Shown here piece after piece: positions 19,450 to 29,021 of a stretch of DNA of 64,000 nucleotides; position 1 is the first letter of the stretch; each line of letters opens with the position of its first letter. The notes beneath the pieces are model-generated. The model did not search any database, was not told the DNA's origin, and worked only from the letters and a program-made list of their open reading frames with translations. Source of the DNA: a virus. The position numbers were made by a program, and so were the translations under genes. Location of the stretch: positions 1-64,000 of the IMG/VR virus record IMGVR_UViG_3300046786_000331; one strand, written 5' to 3'.

Positions 19450-21783
19450 ATGGAAATCACAGTAATTAAAAGAACCGGCAATAAAGAGCCGCTAACTATT
19501 GAAAAATGGCAAGCCCAGGTAGCGAAAGTATGTAAGGGCATTGCTGATGTAAGTCAAAGTATGATTGAGATCAAAGCTCAACCACACTTTTATGACGGTA
19601 TCACAACTAAAGAAATTGATGAGATTACTTTACGTGCTATCGTTGACTTGATTGACATCGAATCTAATCCAGACATAGGACACGTTAACTACCAATACGT
19701 AGCAGGCAAGCAAAGACTTAGCATGTTACGTAAAGATGTTTACGGAGATTATAATCCCCCAAGTCTGTATGACATTGTAGTGAAAAATGTCGCTACTGGT
19801 TTGTATACAGACGAGCTTCTTAAATGGTATACAAAAGAAGATTGGGATAAAATGAATGATATGCTAGAGCACGAGAAGGATGAAGAATATTCTTATGCAG
19901 CTATCGAGCAGTTGATTGAGAAGTACCTTGTTAAAAATCGCGCAACAAAGGAAATTTATGAAACTCCACAAATTAGATACATGGTTGCGGCAGCAACTGT
20001 CTTCCATAATGAGGAGCCGAATTCTGCAAGAATGCGTTACATTAAAGAATACTATCAAGCAGCATCCGATGGTTTGTTTACTCTTGCTACACCTGTGTTG
20101 GCAGGGCTCGGCACTCCTACTAAACAGTTTTCTAGTTGTGTTCTTATCCGCAGTGACGACGATTTGGATAGCATATTTGCTTCTGGAGAAATGATGGCAA
20201 AGTATGCCAGCAAACGTGCTGGCATTGGTTTAGAGATTGGACGTCTACGTTCTTTAGGCAGTCCCATCAGAGGTGGGGAAATTCAACACACAGGTATGAT
20301 CCCATTTTTAAAGAAATGGTTTGGTGACCTGCGTAGTTGCAGCCAAGGAGGTATCCGCAATGCGAGTGCGACAGTTTTTTATCCTATTTGGCATCATCAG
20401 TTTGATGATCTCATCGTACTTAAGAACAATCAAGGAACTGAGGAAACTAGGGTAAGACACATGGACTACGGTGTAGTCTTAAGTGCCTTCTTCTGGAGAA
20501 GATTTAAGAATCGTGAAGATATTACGTTCTTCGATCCCAATGAAGTGCCTGACTTGTATGAAGCATTCTACAAAGACACAGCACTATTCGAAGAACTTTA
20601 TGTAAAGTATGAGAAGCGTAAGGACTTACGTAAGAAAGTCATGAACGCTGAAGATGTTTTCAAGGGTGGTATTCTGAAGGAACGCACAGACACGGGTCGG
20701 ATATATCTTGTATTCATTGATAATGTAATGAACCAGGGTCCTTTTGATCCTGAGTATCACACGATTTATCAAAGTAACTTGTGTTGTGAGATTCTATTAC
20801 CCACACGTCCATTTAAACGATTAGACGACGATGCTGGACGCATAGCGTTGTGTACACTGGGATCTATCAACTGGGGAGCGTTCCGGAACCCAGAGGATAT
20901 GCGTAGAGCCTGTAGGATTCTACATCGTAGCCTGAATAACATCCTTGATTACCAAGACTTCTTGTCGATACAGAGTAGACTCAGTAACGATGAGATTCGC
21001 CCACTGGGCATTGGTGTTACTAATCTTGCCTACTGGCATGCCAAGCGCAGTCTAAAGTACGGTGAGAAAGATGCACTGGCAGAAGTTAAGACATGGATTG
21101 AACATCAATCATTCTATCTTACAGAGATGAGTGTTGAGCTTGCTAAAGAACGTGGCAAATGTTTGGGTAGCGATCAAACACGTTACGGACAAGGAAAGTT
21201 TCCTTGGGAATTACGTGCTGTAGGTGTCAATGAACTAACTGACTTTGCTCCTGAACTAGATTGGGAACCTCTACGTAAAGAAATGATTCAATACGGTGTA
21301 CGCAATGCTACCAATGGTGCTATTGCTCCTGTTGAAAGTTCAAGTGTTGTTATAAACAGTACCAACGGCATCGAAATGCCTATGAGCTTAATCAGCACCA
21401 AAGAATCAAAAGCAGGTAGCTTCACACAAGTTGTTCCTGAGTACAACAGGCTTAAGAACAAGTATCAGATGATGTGGGAACAAAAAGACTGTGATGGTTA
21501 CATTAAAACCGCAGCAGTGTTAGCAGCCTATGTAGATCAAAGTATTTCAACAAATACATTCTACAATCCAGCACACTTCCCGGATCGTAAAGTACCAACT
21601 ACATTAATTGCTAAAAACTTAATGATGGCACACTACTGGGGTTTGAAGACATTCTACTACAGCTTGATTAACAAAGCAGGTAGCAAACAGCAAGCCGAAC
21701 TAACACCGGAAGTACATTACAATGGCTTCCACAACGAAAGAGAATTAATCGAAGATGACGATTGCGAGGCATGCAAGTTATGA
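19450..21783 (+). CDS. nrdA: ribonucleotide reductase class Ia alpha subunit
   Basis: ATP-cone N-terminus, QFSSCVL, SNLCCEI, GLKTFYY, C-terminal CEAC. Confidence 0.97.
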   Translation: MEITVIKRTGNKEPLTIEKWQAQVAKVCKGIADVSQSMIEIKAQPHFYDGITTKEIDEITLRAIVDLIDIESNPDIGHVNYQYVAGKQRLSMLRKDVYGDYNPPSLYDIVVKNVATGLYTDELLKWYTKEDWDKMNDMLEHEKDEEYSYAAIEQLIEKYLVKNRATKEIYETPQIRYMVAAATVFHNEEPNSARMRYIKEYYQAASDGLFTLATPVLAGLGTPTKQFSSCVLIRSDDDLDSIFASGEMMAKYASKRAGIGLEIGRLRSLGSPIRGGEIQHTGMIPFLKKWFGDLRSCSQGGIRNASATVFYPIWHHQFDDLIVLKNNQGTEETRVRHMDYGVVLSAFFWRRFKNREDITFFDPNEVPDLYEAFYKDTALFEELYVKYEKRKDLRKKVMNAEDVFKGGILKERTDTGRIYLVFIDNVMNQGPFDPEYHTIYQSNLCCEILLPTRPFKRLDDDAGRIALCTLGSINWGAFRNPEDMRRACRILHRSLNNILDYQDFLSIQSRLSNDEIRPLGIGVTNLAYWHAKRSLKYGEKDALAEVKTWIEHQSFYLTEMSVELAKERGKCLGSDQTRYGQGKFPWELRAVGVNELTDFAPELDWEPLRKEMIQYGVRNATNGAIAPVESSSVVINSTNGIEMPMSLISTKESKAGSFTQVVPEYNRLKNKYQMMWEQKDCDGYIKTAAVLAAYVDQSISTNTFYNPAHFPDRKVPTTLIAKNLMMAHYWGLKTFYYSLINKAGSKQQAELTPEVHYNGFHNERELIEDDDCEACKL

Positions 21784-21922
21784 TTCACATTAGAGACGAA
21801 GGCGGCATTGTACGCAACGGGTTTAACTTCTACCCATTGACTAGCAATCAATTCGGATTTGTTTTTAAGTTAAAGAGTTTCAATCTATTCTTAAGATATA
21901 ATAAAAAATTAGGTATATTTAA

Positions 21923-23032
21923 ATGTCACAAGCACAGTATAATTTAAACACAAAGACAGACTACTTACATCGTAAGATGTTTCTAGACCCAGCAGGTCCG
22001 GTTACTATCCAACGCTTCGAAGAAGTAAAATATAAAAAGATTGCAGACTTTGAAACAACTGCTCGCGGTTTCTTCTGGGTGCCAGAAGAAGTTAGTCTTA
22101 CAAAAGACGCCAACGACTTTAAAGAAGCCAGTGATGCAGTCAAGCATATCTTCACTAGTAATCTACTGCGACAGACAGCCTTAGACAGCTTGCAGGGGCG
22201 TGCTCCTAGTCAAGTGTTTACACCTGTTGTATCATTGCCGGAACTAGAAGCACTTATCTATAATTGGAGTTTCTTCGAAACCAACATTCACAGTCGTAGC
22301 TACAGTCACATCATTCGTAACATCTATAATGTGCCTAAGGATGTGTTTAACACTATCCATGATACAAATGAAATTGTTAGCATGGCATCTAGTGTAGGTA
22401 AGCATTATGATTATTTGCATAGACTTAACTGTCGCAAAGAATTAAACGACAACGGATTTGCAGTTAGTGAGAAAGAACACGTTAAAGCAATCTACATGGC
22501 ACTACATGCAAGCTATGCCTTAGAAGCGTTCCGCTTTATGGTTTCATTCGCTACAAGTCTAGCAATGGTTGAGAACAAAATCTTTATCGGCAATGGCAAC
22601 ATCATCAGCTTGATTCTACAAGACGAATTACTACACAAAGGTTGGACTGCCTACTTGATTAATCAAGTAGTCAAAGAAGATCCACGCTTTGCTGAAGTAA
22701 GAGATGAGTGTCAAGCAGAAGTATATCAATTATACCTTGATGTTATTCGTGAAGAAAAAGAATGGGCTGATTACTTGTTCCAGAAAGGACCAGTCATCGG
22801 ACTCAATGCACAAATTCTCAAAGACTTTGTTGATTACACAGCAGTGGGCGCATTGAAAGAAATTGGTATTAAGTATAACAATCCAGCACCTAAGTCAACG
22901 CCTATTCCATGGTTCAACAAGCACAGCGATACCAGCAAGAAACAAACAGCTCTACAAGAAAGCGAGAGCACTAATTATGTTATCGGAGTTATGGGTGATT
23001 CACTTAACTACGAAGAGTTACCAAGCATTTAA
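21923..23032 (+). CDS. nrdB: ribonucleotide reductase class Ia beta subunit
   Basis: FFWVPEEV, ETNIHSRSY, LEAFRF, DELLH di-iron/tyrosyl motifs. Confidence 0.97.
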   Translation: MSQAQYNLNTKTDYLHRKMFLDPAGPVTIQRFEEVKYKKIADFETTARGFFWVPEEVSLTKDANDFKEASDAVKHIFTSNLLRQTALDSLQGRAPSQVFTPVVSLPELEALIYNWSFFETNIHSRSYSHIIRNIYNVPKDVFNTIHDTNEIVSMASSVGKHYDYLHRLNCRKELNDNGFAVSEKEHVKAIYMALHASYALEAFRFMVSFATSLAMVENKIFIGNGNIISLILQDELLHKGWTAYLINQVVKEDPRFAEVRDECQAEVYQLYLDVIREEKEWADYLFQKGPVIGLNAQILKDFVDYTAVGALKEIGIKYNNPAPKSTPIPWFNKHSDTSKKQTALQESESTNYVIGVMGDSLNYEELPSI

Positions 23033-23044
23033 GGAAGGAAGAAA

Positions 23045-23299
23045 ATGAAAGCGGTAGTATGGAGTAAGTATCATTGCCCTTATTGTGATCAGGCAAAAGC
23101 ATTGTTGACACAAAAGGGAATTACATTCGAAGAAAAGAAAATCGGAGACGGTTACACAAAAGAAGAGTTACTAGAAGCTGTTCCAACAGCAAGAACAGTG
23201 CCACAGATTTTCTTAGATGAAAAACTAATTGGCGGTTTTACAGAACTTAAAAAATACTTTGAACAAGAAAGCGCCGGCTACGGCGATGGGGAACTATAA
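23045..23299 (+). CDS. glutaredoxin
   Basis: CPYC, TVPQIF, IGGF motifs. Confidence 0.95.
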   Translation: MKAVVWSKYHCPYCDQAKALLTQKGITFEEKKIGDGYTKEELLEAVPTARTVPQIFLDEKLIGGFTELKKYFEQESAGYGDGEL

Positions 23300-23300
23300 C

Positions 23301-23591
23301 ATGTTAATTGATAAAGGCGTAAGCGCAGGCGAAGTAATTACCTTCAAACTAACCAGTGGTGAAGAAATCGTTGCTAAGTTAGTCGAGGATGGACCAATGC
23401 ACTATAAGCTAAGTCGTCCTATGGTAATCGGTATGGGAGAAAAAGGTCCTGGACTAATGCCATACTTGTTTACTGTTGCTCCAGATAAAGAAATTAAATT
23501 ATCTAAGTCAACTGTTACTGTTGCAGAAGCCACAGACAAAGTCTTTGCTGATCAATTCATTCAAAGCACCACTGGCATTGCATTGAGATAA
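23301..23591 (+). CDS. hypothetical protein (Sm-like fold possible)
   Basis: KLTSGEEIVAK N-terminal motif; ATG 23301. Confidence 0.6.
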   Translation: MLIDKGVSAGEVITFKLTSGEEIVAKLVEDGPMHYKLSRPMVIGMGEKGPGLMPYLFTVAPDKEIKLSKSTVTVAEATDKVFADQFIQSTTGIALR

Positions 23592-23593
23592 TC

Positions 23594-23986
23594 ATGGCAG
23601 TCGGTCCAAAAATATTAAGAGAAAGCATCGTTTCCGATGATTCATCAAGGCCGATAACTGTCATTGTAAACGATACTACAGGGCATATGGCTATCGACTA
23701 TTCTGGATATTATGCCAGGATAGCAGACGCTGCTGAAACTGTAGCAAATAAAGTAACCGCCATGGAGGCTCATCAACAGAAGTTGCTAGAGCTTGCCGAA
23801 GGCAACGGAATACATATTTTAAGTCCATTAGATTATCTTAGTTTTATTTCTACATACAGATTCATGGTTGAAGGTAAAGAGCTATTGAAGGATGTACCAG
23901 AATTAAGTGATAAAGAGTTAGATAAAGCAAATAAACGTATTGCTGATTATCTCAGAAAAATAAACACATTACCAAAGGCGTTCTAA
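23594..23986 (+). CDS. hypothetical protein
   Basis: 130-aa ORF. Confidence 0.55.
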   Translation: MAVGPKILRESIVSDDSSRPITVIVNDTTGHMAIDYSGYYARIADAAETVANKVTAMEAHQQKLLELAEGNGIHILSPLDYLSFISTYRFMVEGKELLKDVPELSDKELDKANKRIADYLRKINTLPKAF

Positions 23987-23987
23987 T

Positions 23988-24251
23988 ATGGCAGGAGTAT
24001 CTAGGGTAGGTGTTGACAATGCAGGTGGAACTATAGTGGGTAATTTAGCACCCACTGTAAAAGTTAATGGTAGTCCTGTAGCAGTACAAGGAGCACAAGT
24101 TAGTGGGCACGGTCGAGGTTCACATTCTAATCCTGTAATGCAAGGACATAGTGGTACTGTTAAAGCTAACGGTATTCCTATCTGTCGAGCAGGGGATCCG
24201 GCTAGTTGCGGACATCCTGCCACAGGTTCAGGCGATGTAAAAGCAGGATAA
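23988..24251 (+). CDS. PAAR-domain spike tip protein (T4 gp5.4-like)
   Basis: VNGSPVAVQG, ANGIPICRAGD, CGH...GS motifs with metal-binding His. Confidence 0.88.
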   Translation: MAGVSRVGVDNAGGTIVGNLAPTVKVNGSPVAVQGAQVSGHGRGSHSNPVMQGHSGTVKANGIPICRAGDPASCGHPATGSGDVKAG

Positions 24252-24252
24252 A

Positions 24253-24672
24253 ATGAAAAAATTTCTTTGGAAGATATTAGGATTTATAAGTCTAGGAATG
24301 GCATACATTGGAGTTGTTACTCCTGGTATTCCTTATAGCCCATTTGTGGTATTTGCTGCCTACTGTTTTAGTAAAGGCAGTCCTAAGATGCATGCGTGGT
24401 TATACAATCACAAAATCTTTGGACCATTCCTTACTAACTGGAATGAAAAGCGTGTGTTTCCTATTAAGATGAAGTTCTTTATGTTGGCCATGATGAGCCT
24501 AAGTTTAATCATGATGTCATTAGGAAGTGTTCCATTACGTGGAATTATCTACACAGGGATCTTCATGTTCTTTGTTGCAGTATGGGCATGGCGTTACCCA
24601 AGCAGTGTCGAAGAACACGATAAGCGTGTCTCCGAAGGTAAGAAGATAGGTTGGTTCAATAACTACATCTAA
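24253..24672 (+). CDS. YbaN/DUF454 inner membrane protein
   Basis: GVVTPGIPYSPF...CFSKGSPKMHAWL. Confidence 0.85.
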   Translation: MKKFLWKILGFISLGMAYIGVVTPGIPYSPFVVFAAYCFSKGSPKMHAWLYNHKIFGPFLTNWNEKRVFPIKMKFFMLAMMSLSLIMMSLGSVPLRGIIYTGIFMFFVAVWAWRYPSSVEEHDKRVSEGKKIGWFNNYI

Positions 24673-24674
24673 GC

Positions 24675-25538
24675 ATGGCAAAGATTAGTACTGTATTTTC
24701 TACAGACTTTATTAAGTCTTATCAATTCTATAGTCCTATGCTCGAGAAGACAACTATGTTTCAACTTAATGAAAATAGTAATTCTTGGGCATATCTCGAC
24801 AACGTATTAATAGCGCAGTTAATTCATGCCAGTGGAGCAAAAAGAGTTTTAGACTTTGGATGCTATCTAGGAATGATGCCACTATTAGTAGAAGATATTT
24901 TAATAACTTCTAATAGTGATGCTGTTAATGGACTTGAGTGGACATTAATCGACAACTTTATGTTTACCAAAGCTGCCAAAGATGATCTAGCATTGCCAAC
25001 TAGATTTAGTAAGTTTTGGAATGAATTTGTTGAAATGTTTCCTTGGGCAGAAGGGTTAGCATTGCCTCCTGTTACTAACATAGAATTGCTAGAGATGTTA
25101 ACAGCAATGAATGATCAAGTTGCTGCACCGATGCCTAACTTAAAAATATTTCCTAAGATAGATTATCAGACTGAAAAATTTGATTTAATATCGTTTGATT
25201 TATCTGCAAATGATTTCGACGCAAACATGACAGCGTTTAAAAAAGCAACAGCTCTGTTAAACGAAGGTGGATTAATTGTTCTCGATGACGTAAAGCCATT
25301 ACATCCATCTCAACTAGCATTGTTTGTCTACGCAATCGTTAATAATTTTAATCTACATCCGTTTGCATTTGGAAGAAATAAAGTTGTTCTTTTAAAATCT
25401 ATACCAGCATCAAAACAAGCTCGAATAGATGCTATACTAGAAAATCTACATACAGAGTTTGATTACGATCTATTTTACTGGAAACCCTACAATAATCCCA
25501 TATTTGGGAAGTGTATTACACTCAGGATTCATAAATAA
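24675..25538 (+). CDS. class I SAM-dependent methyltransferase-like protein
   Basis: RVLDFGCYLG, FDLISFD, LNEGGLIVLDD motifs. Confidence 0.7.
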   Translation: MAKISTVFSTDFIKSYQFYSPMLEKTTMFQLNENSNSWAYLDNVLIAQLIHASGAKRVLDFGCYLGMMPLLVEDILITSNSDAVNGLEWTLIDNFMFTKAAKDDLALPTRFSKFWNEFVEMFPWAEGLALPPVTNIELLEMLTAMNDQVAAPMPNLKIFPKIDYQTEKFDLISFDLSANDFDANMTAFKKATALLNEGGLIVLDDVKPLHPSQLALFVYAIVNNFNLHPFAFGRNKVVLLKSIPASKQARIDAILENLHTEFDYDLFYWKPYNNPIFGKCITLRIHK

Positions 25539-25540
25539 TT

Positions 25541-25792
25541 ATGGCTAAAATAACATTAGAACAATTGGTAGAGATTGCTGCCGAAGTAGAAGCAGGCGAT
25601 CCTGTTGATTGGGGTAAGCTCAAAGTTGGACAAGTAGAAGCGTTCAAAATGATTGGAACTTCGATACTTGACATGTTTGACAAAGAAGTGTATACTGATG
25701 AAGACAGACTAGTACTGTTGGCAACTATTACTAAGTTAACAGTTGAAAACATGCTACTTCATTTAAAGATTTTAGACTCCAAAGGAGAGTGA
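25541..25792 (+). CDS. hypothetical protein
   Basis: 83-aa ORF after TAAATA. Confidence 0.6.
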   Translation: MAKITLEQLVEIAAEVEAGDPVDWGKLKVGQVEAFKMIGTSILDMFDKEVYTDEDRLVLLATITKLTVENMLLHLKILDSKGE

Positions 25793-25793
25793 A

Positions 25794-25868
25794 ATGGCAA
25801 GACGATCAGATAGAGCAAAGACACCAGTACAAGCTGCGGTTCGTAGACAACTACGTAAACGTAAGTAA
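25794..25868 (+). CDS. 24-aa Arg/Lys-rich peptide
   Basis: AAAGGAG SD; MARRSDRAKTPVQAAVRRQLRKRK. Confidence 0.5.
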   Translation: MARRSDRAKTPVQAAVRRQLRKRK

Positions 25869-26225
25869 GGAATTGTTGTAATCCCTTCAAAGCGAAGGAC
25901 TTCTGGACGCGGGTTCGACTCCCGCCAGGTCCACCATAAAGCACATTGAGCGAAAATATAACCGTTACTCCTGTTGGACACGGCATAGTACGTAGACAGT
26001 GTGTTTTATAATGGGCCTGCCATGGTTTCGACAGGGGTAGATAGTAGAGACGGCAACACGGTAGGCGATGACCGTAAATCAAGCAAATAAAGTAAATGCA
26101 AACGCAGATACATTTGACTTCAGCGCAATGAGCTTCAGCGGTAACACCGTTGGTGGCAGAGTTGCACTAGCTGCCTAAGAAACAGCAGGTCCGGGGTAGT
26201 TATACCTTGTAAACCAAAATAGCAG
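25869..26225 (+). ncRNA. ssrA: circularly permuted (two-piece) tmRNA
   Basis: Acceptor piece ends GGGTTCGACTCCCGCCAGGTCCACCA (25936); paired intervening segment 25937-26012; coding piece starts GGGCCTG...TTTCGAC (26013); G3:U70 pair; tag 26098-26178 ANADTFDFSAMSFSGNTVGGRVALAA*. Confidence 0.9.
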
Positions 26226-26250
26226 AACCCGCTTCGGCGGGTTTCTTTTT
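26225..26250 (+). terminator. intrinsic terminator
   Basis: AACCCGC-TTCG-GCGGGTT then TCTTTTT. Confidence 0.85.
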
Positions 26251-26374
26251 GGTAAAAATTGCAATCTTTTGCATCGAAGTTGTGCGTGTACGCACATGTT
26301 TTGTTAGAAAGTCCACGTATAATTGTAGAATAAACAACTAATTAGTTTATGAATCATATTATTAAAGGAAATTT

Positions 26375-27274
26375 ATGACTACAACAATCACAATTAAAGA
26401 CAAACCTATCAACACCACATATCAAAATGTTACTGGTATTACAGGCGGTTCGGGAGATGGCGCAGCATTCGATGTCACAAAAACTAACGGAGTTTATTCT
26501 GTTGTTCTTGACAGTTTGGCAGCAAGTGCAGGTACTGGTTACGTTGCTGGCGACACAATCACTCTTGCCGGTACAGCATTAGGTGGTACATCAGCTAACA
26601 ATTTAATCGTTACAGTTGCAACTGTTGGTGCCGCAGGTAAGATTGCTACGTTCGGTGTAGTAGGTACAGGTCGTGTTGGCGATGGTACAGTTGACGTTCA
26701 AGTTGACGTTACAGGCACCACAGGAGTTGACACTTATACTGTTCCTGGGAAGAGTACAGAATTTACTGTTACTAAAAATGTTCATGATGTTACATTAGCT
26801 AGCACATTGGCAACTAATGTAACATATACCTTAGCTGATCACGAACGAGTTGTGTTCACTGACAAAGCTATTGCTTACGATGCCGCAGGTCGTGCAGGTG
26901 ATGTTTATGCTTTGTTAGCAGCGGCCTTAGGTACATCCGATGTCACTTCAACCTACGAAGGTATTGGTATCCATCTTGCTGATGCTGGTTGGACAAATAA
27001 GCGTTTGGCCGAAGCATTGCTAAACACCGATGTCTATAAAACAGACGCCGGTGGTGTTAGTGATGAAACATTTATCAAACACGTTTACAAAAATGTTATG
27101 GGTACTGATGCAACTCTAACAGAAATAACTGCACTTACTAATTGGATGCACGGCAATAATTTTAGCCAGGCAGATGTTTTGGTTACTGCTAGTGAATTAG
27201 CAAGTTTTGAAACAGCCATTGGACTTACAGGATTAGCTACCACAGGAATTGAATATATTCCAGTTGTTGGTTAA
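26375..27274 (+). CDS. Thr/Gly-rich surface-protein-like protein with DUF4214-like C-terminal domain
   Basis: AGTGYVAGDTITL repeat-like N-part; SDETFIKHVYKNVMG motif. Confidence 0.55.
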   Translation: MTTTITIKDKPINTTYQNVTGITGGSGDGAAFDVTKTNGVYSVVLDSLAASAGTGYVAGDTITLAGTALGGTSANNLIVTVATVGAAGKIATFGVVGTGRVGDGTVDVQVDVTGTTGVDTYTVPGKSTEFTVTKNVHDVTLASTLATNVTYTLADHERVVFTDKAIAYDAAGRAGDVYALLAAALGTSDVTSTYEGIGIHLADAGWTNKRLAEALLNTDVYKTDAGGVSDETFIKHVYKNVMGTDATLTEITALTNWMHGNNFSQADVLVTASELASFETAIGLTGLATTGIEYIPVVG

Positions 27275-27324
27275 TATTTGTCTATCCAAAAAGCACCTTC
27301 GGGTGCTTTTCTTTTGATACCTTT

Positions 27325-27372
27325 ATTGATTTTTCCTATTATCGTTATTAAAAAATATTAGCTAAAAACTAT
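27325..27372 (+). promoter_or_regulatory. OxyR/LysR-like operator upstream of ahpCD
   Basis: ATTG-N7-CTAT-N7-ATTA-N7-TTAG-N7-CTAT with 11-bp periodicity. Confidence 0.45.
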
Positions 27373-27464
27373 GGAAAACCATAGATTAATAAGATATATA
27401 AATGTATACTTTTATGTATGGAACAATAGTTCTTAATTTCATTTCACACACAAAGGAGAATCAA

Positions 27465-28004
27465 ATGAAAACAATCGGTGATAAATTAACAGCGTTTGCA
27501 GTAACAGGTGTCAAACCAGGACAACCAGAAGACGCATACTTCACAATTACAGATCAAAGTTTTGAAGGCAAGTGGAAAGTAATCGTTTACTATCCAAAAG
27601 ACTTTACATTCGTTTGTCCTACAGAGATTGTAGCATATGACAAGTTAGCCGGCGACTTCGCTGATCGCGATGCAGTATTGTTAACAGGTAGTACAGACAA
27701 CGAGTTCTGTAAGACAGCGTGGCAAAATGCTCACCCAGACTTGAAGAAGATCACTCACACTCAATTTGCTGATACACAGCGTGGTGAGTTGAGCTTGGTA
27801 GAACAGTTGGGTGTATTCTTTGGTCCAGCAGGTGCGGCATTACGTGCTACATTCATTGTTGACCCAGAGAACGTTATCCAACACGTGACTGTTAACAACT
27901 TGAACGTCGGTCGTAGCCCAGAAGAAACTCTGCGTATTCTTGACGCATTGCAAACTGGCGAACTATGTGCATGTAACCGTACAGTAGGCGGAGAGACACT
28001 ATAA
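27465..28004 (+). CDS. ahpC: peroxiredoxin AhpC
   Basis: YYPKDFTFVCPTEI, GELCACN; SD AAAGGAG before ATG 27465. Confidence 0.95.
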   Translation: MKTIGDKLTAFAVTGVKPGQPEDAYFTITDQSFEGKWKVIVYYPKDFTFVCPTEIVAYDKLAGDFADRDAVLLTGSTDNEFCKTAWQNAHPDLKKITHTQFADTQRGELSLVEQLGVFFGPAGAALRATFIVDPENVIQHVTVNNLNVGRSPEETLRILDALQTGELCACNRTVGGETL

Positions 28005-28510
28005 TGGCATTCATTGACGCAATTAAAGGTGCGTTGCCAGAATACGCAAAGGACACCAAGTTAAACTTGGAAGCTGTTCTTTTGCGTAGTACATTGGATG
28101 CAGATGTAGCTATGGGATGTGCTGTAGCTGCACTTGCTGCAACCGGCAACGGTAAGGTACTTGCTGTTATGTTAGCAGATGCTCCTGTTCACGCAGACCC
28201 AGCAATGACAGCCGCGAGCATTATGGCGCAAAACAATGTTTGGTATCCCTATGTCGAAATGGCAGACGATCCACAGCTAAAAGGTTTGCCAGCACAGTTA
28301 CGTATGAATGCTATTGCGAGCCATGGCGGAACTACCAAGGCAAACTTTGAAGCATTCAGCTTGGCAGCTAGTATTGTTGGTAAATGTCACTTCTGTGTTA
28401 AGGCACACTATGACACATTGAAGACAGAAGGCTACTCAGTTGAACAACTTCGTGACATTGGCCGTATTGCCAGTGTTATGAATTCAGTAGCCAAAGTGCT
28501 AAACAGCTAA
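28004..28510 (+). CDS. ahpD: alkyl hydroperoxide reductase AhpD
   Basis: LPEYAKDTKLNL, AASIVGKCHFCVKAH (CxxC). Confidence 0.93.
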   Translation: MAFIDAIKGALPEYAKDTKLNLEAVLLRSTLDADVAMGCAVAALAATGNGKVLAVMLADAPVHADPAMTAASIMAQNNVWYPYVEMADDPQLKGLPAQLRMNAIASHGGTTKANFEAFSLAASIVGKCHFCVKAHYDTLKTEGYSVEQLRDIGRIASVMNSVAKVLNS

Positions 28511-28574
28511 ACTGGTTGACAATATCAAGCGGTTGTAGTATACTAACTGCAACTGCTTTTCTTTTGGAGTTTTT

Positions 28575-28994
28575 ATGTTAGATTGTTTAATCCTCGGTGA
28601 CAGTATTGCAGTTGGCACGCAACAGTTCCGACAGGAATGTGTATTAGTTGGCAAAGGTGGTATCAACACCTGGCAATTTAACAAAAACTATGCCCAAAAG
28701 ATTGAGCCTGCCAACACGGTTATTATTAGTCTCGGATCAAACGACCACAGTGGCGTAAACAGTTTTAAAGAATTGTTGGCTATGCGACGACAGGTCGAGG
28801 GTAAAACTGTATTTTGGATCCTTCCAGCAGGCAACTTAAAAGCCAGCGGAATCGATATCGAGAGTATTCAAGACATGGTTAAGATTATTGCTAGAAACTA
28901 CAAAGACACAGTATTAACAATTCCGGATCTATCTAAGGATAAAATACACCCAACCCATAAAGGTTATAAAAGTCTAGCAGAACAGACAAAATAA
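28575..28994 (+). CDS. SGNH/GDSL hydrolase-like protein
   Basis: GDSIA, LGSND, DKIHP blocks. Confidence 0.85.
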   Translation: MLDCLILGDSIAVGTQQFRQECVLVGKGGINTWQFNKNYAQKIEPANTVIISLGSNDHSGVNSFKELLAMRRQVEGKTVFWILPAGNLKASGIDIESIQDMVKIIARNYKDTVLTIPDLSKDKIHPTHKGYKSLAEQTK

Positions 28995-29021
28995 ATAAAA
29001 GGAACTTCGGTTCCTTTTACT

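Noticed and set aside
19450-23032. Introns or inteins in nrdA/nrdB
   Set aside because: Both ORFs are continuous and of normal length.
25895-25936. Stand-alone tRNA
   Set aside because: Only a T-arm and CCA end are present; it is the acceptor piece of the permuted tmRNA.
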